A DNA stretch of 64,000 nucleotides, from assembly GCA_028818695.1 (NCBI GenBank), contig JAPPNK010000020.1:64632-128631 (forward strand). The letters are read 5' to 3'. The stretch's first letter is position 1. Each line of letters starts with the position of its first letter. The notes beneath the pieces were generated by a model. It had not been told where the DNA came from, did not search any database, and worked only from the letters and a program-made list of their open reading frames with translations. Positions 18,195 to 29,334 of this stretch are shown here, piece by piece. Source of the DNA: Candidatus Poribacteria bacterium. GTDB taxonomy: Bacteria; Poribacteria; WGA-4E; GCA-2687025. The position numbers were made by a program, and so were the translations under genes.

Positions 18195-19355
18195 CTATGA
18201 TAGCGCCGATTCAGGCAGCAGTCGCAAAAACGCTTCATTTGCAAGCAGAACGCCGCGCCGCGTCAAGCGCAGCGCCCCGTCAGCCAGCTTCGTCAAGCCG
18301 AGGCGGGTTATCTGCTCTATCTCCGCTTGGAAATCGTCCAACAGGTTGAGGCCGTATCGGCGGGCGTATTCTGTTAAGGGAACTCCGCTGCGCATTCGCA
18401 GCCCCTGCCGAATTGTTTCAGCCCGCGCCGCCTTGCCGGCGAGCCGCTCCCGTTCAACGATCGGGTCGCGCCCTTCCTCAATCCGCTTGATGTACGACCT
18501 TGTCCCGCGCGTGTTTGCTGTGCGCTCCCCGTTCAGGTAGCCGCATGCCCCCGGACCGATTCCCGCGTGCGGTTTGTTGCGCCAGTAACGCAGATTATGC
18601 TCGCATTCGCTGCCTGGCTTGGCAAAATTCGACAATTCGTAATACGGATACCCTGCCCGCTCCATCTCATCCAGCGTCCATTCGTACATGTCGGCTTGAA
18701 GGTCCTCGTCGGGAAGGGACAGGCGGCCTTGGCGGTTCCAGTAGTGAAACACGGTTTTCGGCTCAATCGTCAGGTTGTAAACGGAAAGATGTTCAGGGTC
18801 AAGAGAGAGGGAGCGCCGCGCGTCCTCCTGCCATTTCCGCATCGTCTGACCTGGGAGGGCGAACATCATGTCGAGGTTGATGTTTTCAAAGCCGGCGTTC
18901 CGCGCGTTCTGGTAAGCGCGGTTGATCTGCTCTGAAGAGTGCGTCCTGTCAAGCTGTTTCAGGGCTGCGTCATCGAAGGTTTGCGCGCCGATGGACAGGC
19001 GGTTCACGCCCGCGTTTCGATAGGCGCGCAGGCGCGGTTCATCGGCCGTCTCCGGGTTCGCTTCAAGGGTGATCTCCGCCTGCGGTTGAATGTTGAAAGA
19101 GCGGCGCAGCGCGTCCATGAGCCAGCCCATCTGCCGGCCGTCCAGCAGCGAGGGAGTTCCTCCTCCGAAAAAGAGAGTCTTGACGGCGCCTTGAACCTCC
19201 GCTCCGACGCTCTCCGCTTCCGTCTCCAGAGCCGACAGAAACGGATCCATCAGATCGGGGCGCAGCGGATAGGTCGCAAAGTCGCAGTAACGGCATTTGC
19301 GCAAACAGAACGGAATATGGACATAAAGGCTGATGTCAGGGTTCAAGGGTTCCAT
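18195..19355 (-). CDS. hemW: Radical SAM family haem chaperone HemW (oxygen-independent coproporphyrinogen-III oxidase-like)
   Basis: 386 aa; CLRKCRYCDF radical SAM motif near N-terminus; HemN-like C-terminal domain. Confidence 0.8.
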   Translation of the reverse strand: MEPLNPDISLYVHIPFCLRKCRYCDFATYPLRPDLMDPFLSALETEAESVGAEVQGAVKTLFFGGGTPSLLDGRQMGWLMDALRRSFNIQPQAEITLEANPETADEPRLRAYRNAGVNRLSIGAQTFDDAALKQLDRTHSSEQINRAYQNARNAGFENINLDMMFALPGQTMRKWQEDARRSLSLDPEHLSVYNLTIEPKTVFHYWNRQGRLSLPDEDLQADMYEWTLDEMERAGYPYYELSNFAKPGSECEHNLRYWRNKPHAGIGPGACGYLNGERTANTRGTRSYIKRIEEGRDPIVERERLAGKAARAETIRQGLRMRSGVPLTEYARRYGLNLLDDFQAEIEQITRLGLTKLADGALRLTRRGVLLANEAFLRLLPESALS

Positions 19356-20382
19356 ACCTGTTCATGATCGGTTTGATATGGTCAAAGCGAATCCAGCGCC
19401 GAAGCGACCGCCGGGGAGCGTTCGGATCGTTTGACCAGTAGATCCAGACCGCCTTTCCCTTGACAACATCATACGGCACCGGTCCCCAGGCGCGGCTGTC
19501 CTGCGAGTTGAGCCGATTGTCGCCGATCGCAAAGTAATGGCGGTCCGGCACCTTGAAAGCGGCGTCTTCCGGTATGCTGCGGTAGGGACGGCCGCGCGCA
19601 AATGTCCACCCCATCGTCTTGGTGTTTTGATACAGGACGCCGCGCATGATTCTCCCTATCCGATTGCTCGCCTCAACGATGTAGTACTCTTTTACAGGGA
19701 TTCGGCGGTCGTACTCCCTGCCTTTCGCTCCGATGCGCAGCCGATAATTTGTTCCGTTTTCCATTGTCATGGCGGTCGGCTCTTCGTCCAGCAGCTGCGC
19801 CTCAACCTCTTCCCGTTCGATGAACTCTTGAACCGATTTCCAGGCGTCGGGCTGCTCCAGATAGTACGGGACTAGCGACGGATGGGATCTAAAAGGCGGA
19901 AAATGGGAGCCTGAATTTTTGTTTAGGAACGGCTCATTGTTGGCATACGGAAGCGGCTTGGCGTACTCTTCGTTTAAAAGCCGCTTGCCGTTGATGAGCA
20001 GCGGGCTGCCGTCTGAGGCGATCGTGTCGCCCGGCGTTGCGACGACCCGCTTGATAAAATGCTCTAGCGGGCTGTGTTTCGGGCTAAAGACAAACACATC
20101 GCCCGCCTGCGGTCCGCGGAAGTCGAAGAGGCGGGTGGAGGTCGCCGGCAATTTGGCGCCGTAGCTGAATTTCAGCACCAAGACCATGTCGCCGTTGAAG
20201 AGCGTATTTTCCATAGAGCCTGAAGGGATCTTATACGGCTCGGCGATAAACGGGCGAATAAACCCGAAGACCACGATAAACGCCATCATGAGTATCTGCG
20301 CCCAGTCCATGATGACGGAATTGCGCACGTCTATCTTTTTTTTGGCGGGCGCTTCATTGGGCGAGCGGTTTTGTTTAGACAT
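19336..20382 (-). CDS. lepB: Signal peptidase I
   Basis: 348 aa; N-terminal TM segment, catalytic Ser in PSGSMENTL, Lys in KRVVATPGD, GDNRxNSxDSR box; directly downstream of lepA. Confidence 0.85.
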   Translation of the reverse strand: MSKQNRSPNEAPAKKKIDVRNSVIMDWAQILMMAFIVVFGFIRPFIAEPYKIPSGSMENTLFNGDMVLVLKFSYGAKLPATSTRLFDFRGPQAGDVFVFSPKHSPLEHFIKRVVATPGDTIASDGSPLLINGKRLLNEEYAKPLPYANNEPFLNKNSGSHFPPFRSHPSLVPYYLEQPDAWKSVQEFIEREEVEAQLLDEEPTAMTMENGTNYRLRIGAKGREYDRRIPVKEYYIVEASNRIGRIMRGVLYQNTKTMGWTFARGRPYRSIPEDAAFKVPDRHYFAIGDNRLNSQDSRAWGPVPYDVVKGKAVWIYWSNDPNAPRRSLRRWIRFDHIKPIMNRYGTLEP

Positions 20383-20425
20383 CTCTTTCCACCGGCTTAT
20401 GATAAGTTAATGCAATCTGCGATTT

Positions 20426-22219
20426 TCATTCGTCTATCGCCAAAGCTGCCGTAAACGCCTCCTGCGGCACTTCGACGCTGCCGACCGCTTTCATGCGTTT
20501 GCGCCCTTCTTTCTGCCGTTCCAGCAACTTTCGTTTTCGGGTAATGTCCCCGCCGTAACATTTGGCGGTGACGTTTTTGCGTATCGCTTTGACCGTCTTG
20601 CGCGCGACGACTCTTCTGCCGATGGCGGCCTGTATCGACACATCGAAGAACTGGCGCGGAATGACCGCCTGCAGCTTCTCAGCCAAAGCGCGTCCGCGCT
20701 CGCCCGCTTTCTCCCTGTGAATGATGAGCGACAGCGCATCGAGAGGCTTTCCGTTCAGAAGAATGTCGAGTTTCACCAGATCCGACTCGCGGTAACCGAT
20801 CAGCTCGTAGCTCATGGAGCCGTAGCCGCGCGTGGACGATTTCAACTTGTCAAAAAAGTTGACAACCATCTCGCTCAACGGCAGCTCGTAATGGATCACA
20901 GCGCGCGTCGGCGTGACATACTCCAGCGATCTGTATGTCCCGCGCCGGCTCTCGCACAGCTCCATTGCCGCGCCGATATATTCGGCGGGAACGCTCAACT
21001 GAACAGACGCGCGCGGCTCTTCAATAGACGCCAATTCGCCCAAACCCGGCATATCGGACGGATTCTCAATCTCCAGCACATCGCCGCTGTTCGTCAATAC
21101 CTGATACCGGACATTCGGAGCCGTCGTGATGAGCGTCAGGTTATACTCCCGCTCAAGCCGCTCCCGCACAATGTCCATATGAAGCGGACCGAGAAAACCG
21201 CAACGAAAACCGAAGCCGAGAGCGTCCGAGGTTTCCGCCTCATAGGTGAAGGAGCTCTCGTTCAGGCGCAGCTTGTTCAGCGCCTCGCGCAGCGCCGAAA
21301 AGTCGGAGCTGTCGGACGGATACAGCCCGCAGAAGACGAACGGCTGCATGTCGCGGTAGCCTGGGCATGGCTGCGCCGTCGGATTTGCCGCGTCTGTGAT
21401 CGTGTCGCCGATGCGGGTCTGGCGGATGTCCTTGATGTTCGCGGTGATATACCCGACCGAGCCTGCTTTCAGCTCATCGACAGGCGTCATGCGCGGCGCG
21501 AAGACGCCCACCTCCGCCGAATCGCGCTCGTCGCCCGCCGCCATCAGGCGTATCGGCATCTTGCTGCGCAGCGATCCGTCCATAACGCGGACGCACATGA
21601 CGACGCCGCGATATGTGTCGTAATGCGAGTCGATGACGAGCGCTTTCAAGGGGGCGTTCAGGTCGCCGGAAGGGGACGGAATCCGCTGAACGACAGCTTC
21701 TAGCGCGTCCTCTATCCCGACGCCGTTTTTGGCGCTGATATGCAGTATCTCTTCTGCGGGCGTCCCTAACAGGTCTTCAATCTCTTCCAAGACGAGATCG
21801 ATTCGGGCGGAGGGCAGGTCGATCTTATTCACTACAGGGACAATCTTCAGCCCCTGTTCCAGCGCCAAAGTTGCGTTGGAGACGGTCTGCGCCTGTATTC
21901 CCTGCGCGGCGTCAACCAGCAGCAAGGCGCCCTCGCAGGCGGCGAGACTCCTTGAAACTTCATAGGTGAAGTCCACATGCCCCGGCGTGTCGATCAGGTT
22001 CAGCTCATATTCATGGCCGTCCTTTGCGGCGTAGGATAAGCGCGCCACCGCCGCCTTGATCGTGATTCCCCGCTCGCGCTCAAGGTCCATCGTATCCAGA
22101 GCCTGCTCGCGCATCTCCCGCTCGTCAAGCGCGCCGGTCGTCTCAAGCAGGCGGTCGGCAAGGGTGGACTTGCCATGATCAATATGGGCGATGATGCAAA
22201 AATTGCGCGTTCGTTTCAT
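20426..22219 (-). CDS. lepA: Translation elongation factor 4 (LepA)
   Basis: 597 aa; G1 [18 protein letters not shown] motifs and LepA C-terminal domain. Confidence 0.95.
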   Translation of the reverse strand: MKRTRNFCIIAHIDHGKSTLADRLLETTGALDEREMREQALDTMDLERERGITIKAAVARLSYAAKDGHEYELNLIDTPGHVDFTYEVSRSLAACEGALLLVDAAQGIQAQTVSNATLALEQGLKIVPVVNKIDLPSARIDLVLEEIEDLLGTPAEEILHISAKNGVGIEDALEAVVQRIPSPSGDLNAPLKALVIDSHYDTYRGVVMCVRVMDGSLRSKMPIRLMAAGDERDSAEVGVFAPRMTPVDELKAGSVGYITANIKDIRQTRIGDTITDAANPTAQPCPGYRDMQPFVFCGLYPSDSSDFSALREALNKLRLNESSFTYEAETSDALGFGFRCGFLGPLHMDIVRERLEREYNLTLITTAPNVRYQVLTNSGDVLEIENPSDMPGLGELASIEEPRASVQLSVPAEYIGAAMELCESRRGTYRSLEYVTPTRAVIHYELPLSEMVVNFFDKLKSSTRGYGSMSYELIGYRESDLVKLDILLNGKPLDALSLIIHREKAGERGRALAEKLQAVIPRQFFDVSIQAAIGRRVVARKTVKAIRKNVTAKCYGGDITRKRKLLERQKEGRKRMKAVGSVEVPQEAFTAALAIDE

Positions 22220-22222
22220 TTT

Positions 22223-23407
22223 TCACAGTATCTCATCGTATATTCGGCAAAGCCTCTCTGTGATGACGCTCCATCCATGTTCCCGCTCCACATATCGGCG
22301 GCCTGCTTCGGCTAAGGCGCGCTGCCGATCCCTGTCCTTTAATAACGATATAACCTCTTGGGCGAATTTGTCTTGATCATTTGCTTCCAGCAGCTCATGC
22401 CCGTTTCTGGCGCCGCAGCCCTGCCTTCCCAGCGGCGTTGTGACAACGGGCAGCTTCATCGCCATCGCTTCCAGATTTTTGGTTTGAACGCCGGAGCCGC
22501 AGAACATTGGCGCGGCGAAAATGTCCGCCTTTTCAAAATAGGGGCGCAGATCGGGCGCCGCCCCCGTCACGACAACGCCGTTCCGCCCATCCAATCGGCG
22601 CAGCGACCGCGGCGGACTGGAGCCAGCCAAGATGAGACGGGCGCCTGGAAACGCCCCGCGAACCTTCGGCAGCGTGTCATGAACAAGAAACATCGCCGCG
22701 TCCGTGTTGGGGAAGTAGTTCATCGTGCCGGTGAAGAGAACCGTCGGCGGACCGTTTCGCTCTGGACGGGAGGGGGAGAAGTAGTCTAAGTCGACTCCCT
22801 GCGAGACGATGTCGAGCCGCGCGTCCGGAGCCGTCTCATGGATCGCGTCGCGGTCGTCCGCGGCGATGACGACTGTACGGTCGAACGCCTTGATGATCTC
22901 CGCTTCATACCGCCGCGCGCGTTTCTCTTCGATCTTCAAGAGCGGTCGGTTGAGCGGGTTGCGTTCGCGCTCCATTCGCCGGCGCAGGTTCATCGCCATT
23001 GAGTCGCACAGGTCCAGCAGCTTTGGCAGCGGCTCCTCAGCCACATACCGACCCATTCGAAAAAGCGAGGCATGGACGGCGTCCGGCGCGCTTTCGTCGA
23101 TGGCTTTCCGCAAGGCGTTTGCCATCCGCGTTGATCTCCACATGGCGTTTTGAAGCGGTTCGTTTCCGAACAAGCCAGCGGCGGCGCGCGCCCGCCCCTT
23201 CCATGCAGAATGCGGCGCGGCGTATACTTCGGCGCACATCTCGCGCAGCGGACCGAGATTGTCCAGCTCGCTTCGCTTTTCAAAAAACGCCGCCAGCGCG
23301 ATCCGATACTTTTCCTGCAGCCCGCGTATGAAATGAAACGCGCGGATTCGGTCGCCCCGATGAGGCGGATACGGCAAGCGCAAACTCAGAAACAGAAGGT
23401 TTTTCAA
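22223..23407 (-). CDS. Glycosyltransferase, GT-B fold (family 4-like)
   Basis: GT4-like N-terminus KNLLFLSLRLPYPPHRGDRIR and C-terminal nucleotide-sugar-binding region. Start inferred as TTG at about 23407, immediately after the secA stop; the track ORF extends to 23596, overlapping secA. Confidence 0.7.
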   Translation of the reverse strand: MKNLLFLSLRLPYPPHRGDRIRAFHFIRGLQEKYRIALAAFFEKRSELDNLGPLREMCAEVYAAPHSAWKGRARAAAGLFGNEPLQNAMWRSTRMANALRKAIDESAPDAVHASLFRMGRYVAEEPLPKLLDLCDSMAMNLRRRMERERNPLNRPLLKIEEKRARRYEAEIIKAFDRTVVIAADDRDAIHETAPDARLDIVSQGVDLDYFSPSRPERNGPPTVLFTGTMNYFPNTDAAMFLVHDTLPKVRGAFPGARLILAGSSPPRSLRRLDGRNGVVVTGAAPDLRPYFEKADIFAAPMFCGSGVQTKNLEAMAMKLPVVTTPLGRQGCGARNGHELLEANDQDKFAQEVISLLKDRDRQRALAEAGRRYVEREHGWSVITERLCRIYDEIL

Positions 23408-23408
23408 G

Positions 23409-25928
23409 TTAAGCGTTCCGCCCGCAGCATAGTTTAAACTTTCGGCCGCTGCCGCATGGGCAAGGCGCGTTCCGCCCCACTTTTTTGCCGGCTGAGTTGC
23501 GGGGAGCGCGCCGGGCAGGCGCAGCCGCGGCGCTCGTCCTGCCGCCGGTCTGCGCGGGCTGCTGCGGCGCCGTCTGAAGATGAATGCGGTACACATACTG
23601 CGCCGCGTCCTCGTAGATGCGCGTCAACATGTTCTCAAAAAGCGCAAAACCCTCGTTTTGAAACTCAATGAGCGGATCGCGGCCTGCATAACCTCTAAAC
23701 CCGATCCCCTCCTGAATATAGTCGATGTTGTGGAGGTGCGACATCCAGTGGTAATCGATCCGATCCAGCAGGATGAGACGCTCAATTTCGCGCATGACCT
23801 CAGCCCCGATCTCCTTTTCCCGCTCCTCATAACGCTTCTGAAAGAGCTGAAGAAGCGTCTCTTGAATCTCATCGCGCGGCGTCTCCCGGTTGATGACATC
23901 CGCCGGCGGAGGCTCCACGCCGCACTGCCGCTCCATCCATGTCCGCAGCCCCTCGATGTCCCACTCCAGCTGGTCGTCTTCAGGCAGCGTCTCGTCCATC
24001 TTGGCGGCGAGCGCGTCCTCAACCATCTGGAGCATGTCTTCTCGCAGGCTCTCCTGCTCAATGGCGCGGTCGCGCAGGTCGTACACCATATCGCGCTGCT
24101 GGCTCAAAACATTGTCATATTTGAGGATCTGTTTGCGCGCCTCAAAGTGGTTCTGCTCAACCCGCTCCTGCGCTTTCTGTATCGACCTGCTGAGCCATTT
24201 ATGCTCAATCGGAACATCCTCCTCCATGCCAAGCCTGTCCATCGTCGCCGCCATGCGGTCGGAGCCGAACTTGCGCATCAGGTCGTCTTCCATCGACAGA
24301 TAGAACCGGGACGCGCCAGGGTCTCCCTGACGGCCGGAGCGCCCCCGCAGCTGGTTGTCGATGCGCCGCGAGTCATGCCGCTCCGTTCCGATCACATACA
24401 GCCCGCCCAGTTCCCGGACGCCGTCCGCCAGCTTGATGTCGACGCCGCGGCCCGCCATGTTCGTCGCGATGGTGACTGCATGTTTTTGTCCGGCATGGGC
24501 GATGATTTCACCCTCTTTCGTATGCTCCTTCGCGTTCAGGACGCGGTGCGCAACGCCGCGCTTCGTCAGTTCTCGGCTGAATTCAACGGACGCTTCAATT
24601 GAGATGGTGCCGACGAGAACAGGACGCCCCTCGTTGAAATTCTCCTCAATGTCGTCAATGGCCGCCTTCACTTTGCCTTCATGGTTGCGGAAGACGAAAT
24701 CGGGGCGGTCGTCGCGGATCATCGGCATGTTGGTCGGCACGACGACAACATCCAAGCCGTAGATTTGGTGAAATTCGGTCGCCTCGGTCGCCGCGGTACC
24801 TGTCATCCCAGACAGCTTCTCGTACATGCGGAAGTAATTTTGGAAAGTGATGCGCGCCACCGTCTGGCTCTCCTCAACGATGCGCACCTTCTCTTTCGCC
24901 TCAATCGCTTGATGAAGCCCGTCGCTGAATCGGCGCTCCGGCTGCATGCGCCCCGTGAACTCGTCCACGATGACGACCCGCCCGTCCGTCACAACATAAT
25001 CCACATCGTTTTGGTACAGATAATGCGCGTTTACCGACTGCATGATGTGATGCAGCAGGTCGATATTCTCAGGGTCGTACAGGTTTTTTAAAGTGAAAGC
25101 GTTTTCGAGCAGATCAATGCCGTCGTCGGTCAAGGAAGCGGAGCCGCGCTTGGAGCGTTTTTCGTCGATCTCAAAATGCTTGTCTTTTTTCAAACGGGAG
25201 ACGACGCGCGCGATGCGCGGATAGTCGGCTTTCTCCTTCCGGCGCTCCGAGATGATATGCGGCGTCCGCGCCTCGTCAATGAGAATGCTGTCCACCTCAT
25301 CCACGATGGCGTAATGGAGCTCGCGCTGCGTTTTCTCTTCGATGGAGCGGGCGCTGCTGTGGTCGCGCAGATAATCGAACCCGAACTCCGAATTGGTGCC
25401 GTAGGTGATGTCGCACTCATACGCCGCTTTTTTGACGCTTCTGGGACGGCCTTCCAGGGTGATACCGACCGTCATGCCGAGCGCCTTGTAGATCTGCCCC
25501 ATCCAGTCGGCGTCCCTCTGCGCCAGAAACTCGTTCACCGTCACAACATGGACGCCGCGCTCCGTGAGCGCGTTCAGATAGACCGGCATCGTTGAGGTGA
25601 GCGTCTTGCCCTCGCCTGTCCGCATTTCGGCGATGCGCCCCTGATGCAGAACGACCGCGCCGAGAACCTGAACGTCATACGGCCGCTCGCCGATCTGCCG
25701 CCACGCCGTTTCGCGCACGACAGCGAACGCCTCCGGCAACAGATCGTCGATCGTTTCGCCGTTTGAGAGGCGTTCCCGAAATTCTGCCGTCTTTGCCGAC
25801 AGCTGCTCGTCCGTCAGGTTCTTCACAGACGGCTCCAGCGCGTTCACCTGTTCAACAACAGGACGCAGTTTTTTCAGGTCTCGGTCGTTTTTCGACCCGA
25901 CAATTTTTTCCAAGACATAGCCTAACAT
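23409..25928 (-). CDS. secA: Preprotein translocase ATPase SecA
   Basis: About 840 aa from internal Met MLGYVLEKIVGSKNDRDLKK; DEAD-like motor motifs; C-terminal zinc-binding CPCGSGRKFKLCCG. Confidence 0.95.
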   Translation of the reverse strand: MLGYVLEKIVGSKNDRDLKKLRPVVEQVNALEPSVKNLTDEQLSAKTAEFRERLSNGETIDDLLPEAFAVVRETAWRQIGERPYDVQVLGAVVLHQGRIAEMRTGEGKTLTSTMPVYLNALTERGVHVVTVNEFLAQRDADWMGQIYKALGMTVGITLEGRPRSVKKAAYECDITYGTNSEFGFDYLRDHSSARSIEEKTQRELHYAIVDEVDSILIDEARTPHIISERRKEKADYPRIARVVSRLKKDKHFEIDEKRSKRGSASLTDDGIDLLENAFTLKNLYDPENIDLLHHIMQSVNAHYLYQNDVDYVVTDGRVVIVDEFTGRMQPERRFSDGLHQAIEAKEKVRIVEESQTVARITFQNYFRMYEKLSGMTGTAATEATEFHQIYGLDVVVVPTNMPMIRDDRPDFVFRNHEGKVKAAIDDIEENFNEGRPVLVGTISIEASVEFSRELTKRGVAHRVLNAKEHTKEGEIIAHAGQKHAVTIATNMAGRGVDIKLADGVRELGGLYVIGTERHDSRRIDNQLRGRSGRQGDPGASRFYLSMEDDLMRKFGSDRMAATMDRLGMEEDVPIEHKWLSRSIQKAQERVEQNHFEARKQILKYDNVLSQQRDMVYDLRDRAIEQESLREDMLQMVEDALAAKMDETLPEDDQLEWDIEGLRTWMERQCGVEPPPADVINRETPRDEIQETLLQLFQKRYEEREKEIGAEVMREIERLILLDRIDYHWMSHLHNIDYIQEGIGFRGYAGRDPLIEFQNEGFALFENMLTRIYEDAAQYVYRIHLQTAPQQPAQTGGRTSAAAAPARRAPRNSAGKKVGRNAPCPCGSGRKFKLCCGRNA

Positions 25929-26887
25929 TGCTCTACCTCGCCTTTCGCCGCCCCGTTCATGCCGCTCTTCATTAAAACGTCGTCTCCCCAAATTCGTTGC
26001 CTTAAATCGATATAGATGATCGCATTTCCGACCGAGACGCCGCTAAAGAGATACGAAACGGACGCCCATAAGGTCAAGACCAATACGGAGGCGCCGATCC
26101 ATACCCCGATCTGAAGCGGCAGTTCAAGCGGAGTCTGCGGAGCTGACAACGAGAAAAAGCTGCCAAACAACGCGACGGACGCCTTTGCGACATCGTCCAG
26201 TTCGGGGCTGCCGAGCGAGGCAACCAGCGTCAACAAAACCAGTCCCGCAAACGCCGCCCCCGCAAACACAGCCGCCGACAACGCCGACATGAGCAGCGTT
26301 GCCGCCTCATAAAAAAGAACGCGCCATCCCTGCGACCAAGCAATCGATGTCAGCTGGTAGGAGGTTTCTATGCCGCTTTCCCCGCTAACGCCGGCGGCGG
26401 CAGGCAGCAACAACAACCCGACCGCCCAGATGAACAGCGAGAAAGCAAGCAGCAAGCCGACAAACAGCCCCGGTATGAGCAGCAGCGCTCCCAACCCTAT
26501 CCACCAGCTGCCGAGAAGTTTGCCCAGCGCTCCGCCGAGATACGCCAATCCAAGAAGCGCCGCCGGTATGAGCGTCAACACGGCGAGCGGCGCCAGCGCG
26601 GCTTTGAGCGTCGACCAAGGCGCCGGTTTTGCCTCCGCAAAAAAATCGCCCTCCAGCTGAAGGATCGTCAAGCGCGCCGAGGCGGCGGAACCTGGAATCG
26701 CCGCCAGAGCGGCCGCGGCGCATACAAGCGCGGTCTTCGCCGGCGTGAACGGCTCCCAGAACTGCGCAACCGCCCATATAAACGCGACAGCCGCCAACGC
26801 CCCCGGCGCATGCAGCGCCATCTTCCGGTCCGAGAACGCCCATCTAGGGATATTGAGCAGGTCAAGCGCGCCGCCTCGCAGGCTCAT
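25922..26887 (-). CDS. Polytopic membrane protein, function unknown
   Basis: 321 aa, dominated by hydrophobic Ala/Leu/Gly-rich segments; no recognisable motif. Confidence 0.45.
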   Translation of the reverse strand: MSLRGGALDLLNIPRWAFSDRKMALHAPGALAAVAFIWAVAQFWEPFTPAKTALVCAAAALAAIPGSAASARLTILQLEGDFFAEAKPAPWSTLKAALAPLAVLTLIPAALLGLAYLGGALGKLLGSWWIGLGALLLIPGLFVGLLLAFSLFIWAVGLLLLPAAAGVSGESGIETSYQLTSIAWSQGWRVLFYEAATLLMSALSAAVFAGAAFAGLVLLTLVASLGSPELDDVAKASVALFGSFFSLSAPQTPLELPLQIGVWIGASVLVLTLWASVSYLFSGVSVGNAIIYIDLRQRIWGDDVLMKSGMNGAAKGEVEQC

Positions 26888-26899
26888 GCGTCCACCTTT

Positions 26900-27778
26900 T
26901 TAAAGCAGCCCCGCCGACGCGAGGGTCTCCCGCAGAGCCGCTTCGTTGGCTGGCGACATTTCGCAAAGCGGCAGCCGCAATACTCCGTTTAGCATTCCCA
27001 TCATTTTGAGCGCCGCTTTGGCAGGGATCGGATTCGTTTCGATGAACAGGTCTCTCGCCAGCGGGTAAAGTTCATAATGCAGCTTTTGCGCTTCGCTGAG
27101 GGAGCCTTCCAACGCGGCTGCGCACATTCGCGCCGTCTCCGCCGGCGCGACATTGGCGACGACCGAAATGACGCCGCTCGCGCCGACGCAGATCATCGGA
27201 AAGGAGACGCTGTCTTCGCCGCTCAAGACGACAAACGCTTCGTTTTTCGCCGCCAAGACCGTCTCGCTTGTCCGCGCCAGGCTTCCCGTCGCCTCCTTGA
27301 CGCCGGCAATGTTCTCATGCTCCGCCAGGCGCGCGATGGTTTCCGGCAGCAGGTCGGCGCCGGTGCGCCCTGGGACATTATACATGACGACAGGAATGTC
27401 GGCAGAATCGGCGACGGCGAGAAAGTGTCGGCGCATGCCTTCCTGCGTCGGCTTGTTGTAGTAGGGCGTGATGACAAGCGCGCCGTCCGCGCCGACCGAC
27501 TTCGCATGCCGCGTGAGCCGAATCGCTTCCTCCGTCGAGTTGGAGCCTGAACCGGCGATGACCGGTATTCGGCCGTTCACCGCTTCAACCGTCTCGGCGA
27601 CGACCCTGTCATGCTCATCGTGCGACAATGTCGGCGATTCGCCTGTTGTGCCGCATGGGACGATCCCGTCTGTTCCATGTTCGATATGGAATTCAATCAG
27701 TTCGCGCAATTTCGGTAGGTCTAAAGCGCCGTCTTCCGTGAACGGCGTGACCAAAGCGACGAACGATCCGCGAAACAT
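26900..27778 (-). CDS. dapA: 4-hydroxy-tetrahydrodipicolinate synthase
   Basis: Start at internal Met MFRGSFVALVTPF; DapA motifs GTTGES and VPGRTG. Confidence 0.9.
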   Translation of the reverse strand: MFRGSFVALVTPFTEDGALDLPKLRELIEFHIEHGTDGIVPCGTTGESPTLSHDEHDRVVAETVEAVNGRIPVIAGSGSNSTEEAIRLTRHAKSVGADGALVITPYYNKPTQEGMRRHFLAVADSADIPVVMYNVPGRTGADLLPETIARLAEHENIAGVKEATGSLARTSETVLAAKNEAFVVLSGEDSVSFPMICVGASGVISVVANVAPAETARMCAAALEGSLSEAQKLHYELYPLARDLFIETNPIPAKAALKMMGMLNGVLRLPLCEMSPANEAALRETLASAGLL

Positions 27779-28009
27779 CGTTATTCCCCTCCGTTTATTC
27801 GGCAACGCTTTAAGAATAGCAAATAAATGTTGGAAACGCAAGCGCAGTCGTTAGCCGGCAGTACCTGAAGGCGGCGGCGCTGCGCTGGAGCCGAATTTAG
27901 ACCGCCTCAAGTTTCTCCTCCAACCCCGATCTGACCTCATGCTGAAAGTTGGGACAATTGAACGACCAAAGCCTTTATTCATGGGAAAAAGGCGTCGTCA
28001 ACCAGGCCG

Positions 28010-28036
28010 TCATTCCCGCGCAAGCGGGAATCTAGA
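28010..28036. repeat. Palindromic repeat unit GTCATTCCCGCGCAAGCGGGAATCTAG (family member)
   Basis: Inverted repeat ATTCCCGCG / CGCGGGAAT around a short loop, in the dapA/thioesterase divergent intergenic region; related copies elsewhere in the window. Confidence 0.7.
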
Positions 28037-28129
28037 GGCGCCGCAGAAGACGTCTGCGTTCGCATGCCGACATGTCCCAAATTAAGATGTAAGGTCAGCG
28101 ATAGGTTGACTCAGGCGCCGTTTCTGCGT

Positions 28130-28558
28130 ATGCTTCGCCTTATGGAAGCTTCCGCCTCTCAGCATCGCTTCGTCTGCCCTCTGACGGTCCGAACCTACGA
28201 GCTGGACGGCTTTAGGCATGTGAACAACGCTGTCTTTGTGCAGTATCTGGAGGCGGCGCGCGGCGAGATGATCATTTCCGCCGGGCTGGAGTACGCCGAC
28301 TTTCACCGCTGGGAGGCTTATCCGGTTGTCGCGCGTTTGGAAGCGGAGTATTTCTGCCCCGCCCATGCCGACGACAACCTTGAGATCGAGTGCCGCGTCG
28401 TTGAAACGAAACGAACCCGCTTCACCGTTCAGTACCGCATTCGGCGGATCAAAGACGACGCCCTGATTCTCCGCGCCTCAACCGTCCATGCCTTTGTCCG
28501 TCCGGACGGCAAGCCTGTGCGCGTTCCCGCCCCGTTTCGCGCCGCTTTCGGCTTTTAA
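28130..28558 (+). CDS. Acyl-CoA thioesterase (4HBT / YbgC-like hotdog fold)
   Basis: Hotdog-fold thioesterase-like sequence (VRTYELDGFRHVNNAVFVQYLEAAR); start uncertain (track ORF from 28064). Confidence 0.65.
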   Translation: MLRLMEASASQHRFVCPLTVRTYELDGFRHVNNAVFVQYLEAARGEMIISAGLEYADFHRWEAYPVVARLEAEYFCPAHADDNLEIECRVVETKRTRFTVQYRIRRIKDDALILRASTVHAFVRPDGKPVRVPAPFRAAFGF

Positions 28559-29334
28559 CCGCGCCACAACGAAAAATACCATTCTAGAAGATGACCGCCC
28601 CATCGCCCGCTTACCCAAGCCGCTATGCCCAAAAAAACGCCGTACGGGATCTGTTGACGCCCTCTCAACCGCACAACCGCCAAACCGACGACGCTGCCGA
28701 TCACGGCGCTGAGCGAAATCGTCAGCAGAACAAGGCTCCAGCTCCCCAAAAACAGACCGATCATTCCAATCAGTTTGACGTCGCCGAACCCCATCGCTTC
28801 CCGTCGATACGCCAGGTTGGCGAGCGTCCGAATCAACCAAAGCGAACTGAAGCCGACAGCGCCCGCCGCCCCCGCATCGACAAGCGGCATCCATGCGCCC
28901 GCCAGCGTCGATTCCGCCGCCGCGAAGGTCAACGCCAGCGCCGCCCCTGTTCCCGTTAAAACGTCCGGCAAACGCTCCGTTCGCCAGTCGATGACGCCCA
29001 GCGCGAGCAGCAGCGCTCCAAACAGCGCCGTCCGCGCGCCGTCCAGCGTCGGACCGTCCTCCCATGCCGCCCATGCAAACAGCGCCGCCGCCGTCAGCTC
29101 AACAAGCGGATACCGCAGCGGGATGCGGGCGGAACAGTCGGCGCACCTGCCGCGCAGAAGCAGATAACTGAAAAGCGGGATGTTATGGACGGCGCGCACC
29201 GGCTCTCCGCAGGACGGGCAGTAAGAACGCGGAGGATTCCATGGCGTCTGCCCAAGCGGGATTCGGTGAATGCATACGTTTAAAAAGCTGCCGGCGCACA
29301 ACCCGATCAGCCCGCTAAGGATCGTCAGGGTCAT
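28555..29334 (-). CDS. Prepilin peptidase (A24 family)
   Basis: Start at internal Met MTLTIL; N-terminal Cys-rich zinc motif CPSCGEP...CADC and polytopic membrane domain with GFGDVKL. Confidence 0.8.
   Translation of the reverse strand: MTLTILSGLIGLCAGSFLNVCIHRIPLGQTPWNPPRSYCPSCGEPVRAVHNIPLFSYLLLRGRCADCSARIPLRYPLVELTAAALFAWAAWEDGPTLDGARTALFGALLLALGVIDWRTERLPDVLTGTGAALALTFAAAESTLAGAWMPLVDAGAAGAVGFSSLWLIRTLANLAYRREAMGFGDVKLIGMIGLFLGSWSLVLLTISLSAVIGSVVGLAVVRLRGRQQIPYGVFLGIAAWVSGRWGGHLLEWYFSLWRG

Noticed and set aside
20717-21703. 328-aa plus-strand ORF
   Set aside because: Antisense to lepA, which is unambiguous; Arg-rich low-complexity translation.
23580-24602. 340-aa plus-strand ORF and other ORFs overlapping secA
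   Set aside because: Antisense to or out of frame with secA; no recognisable domain.
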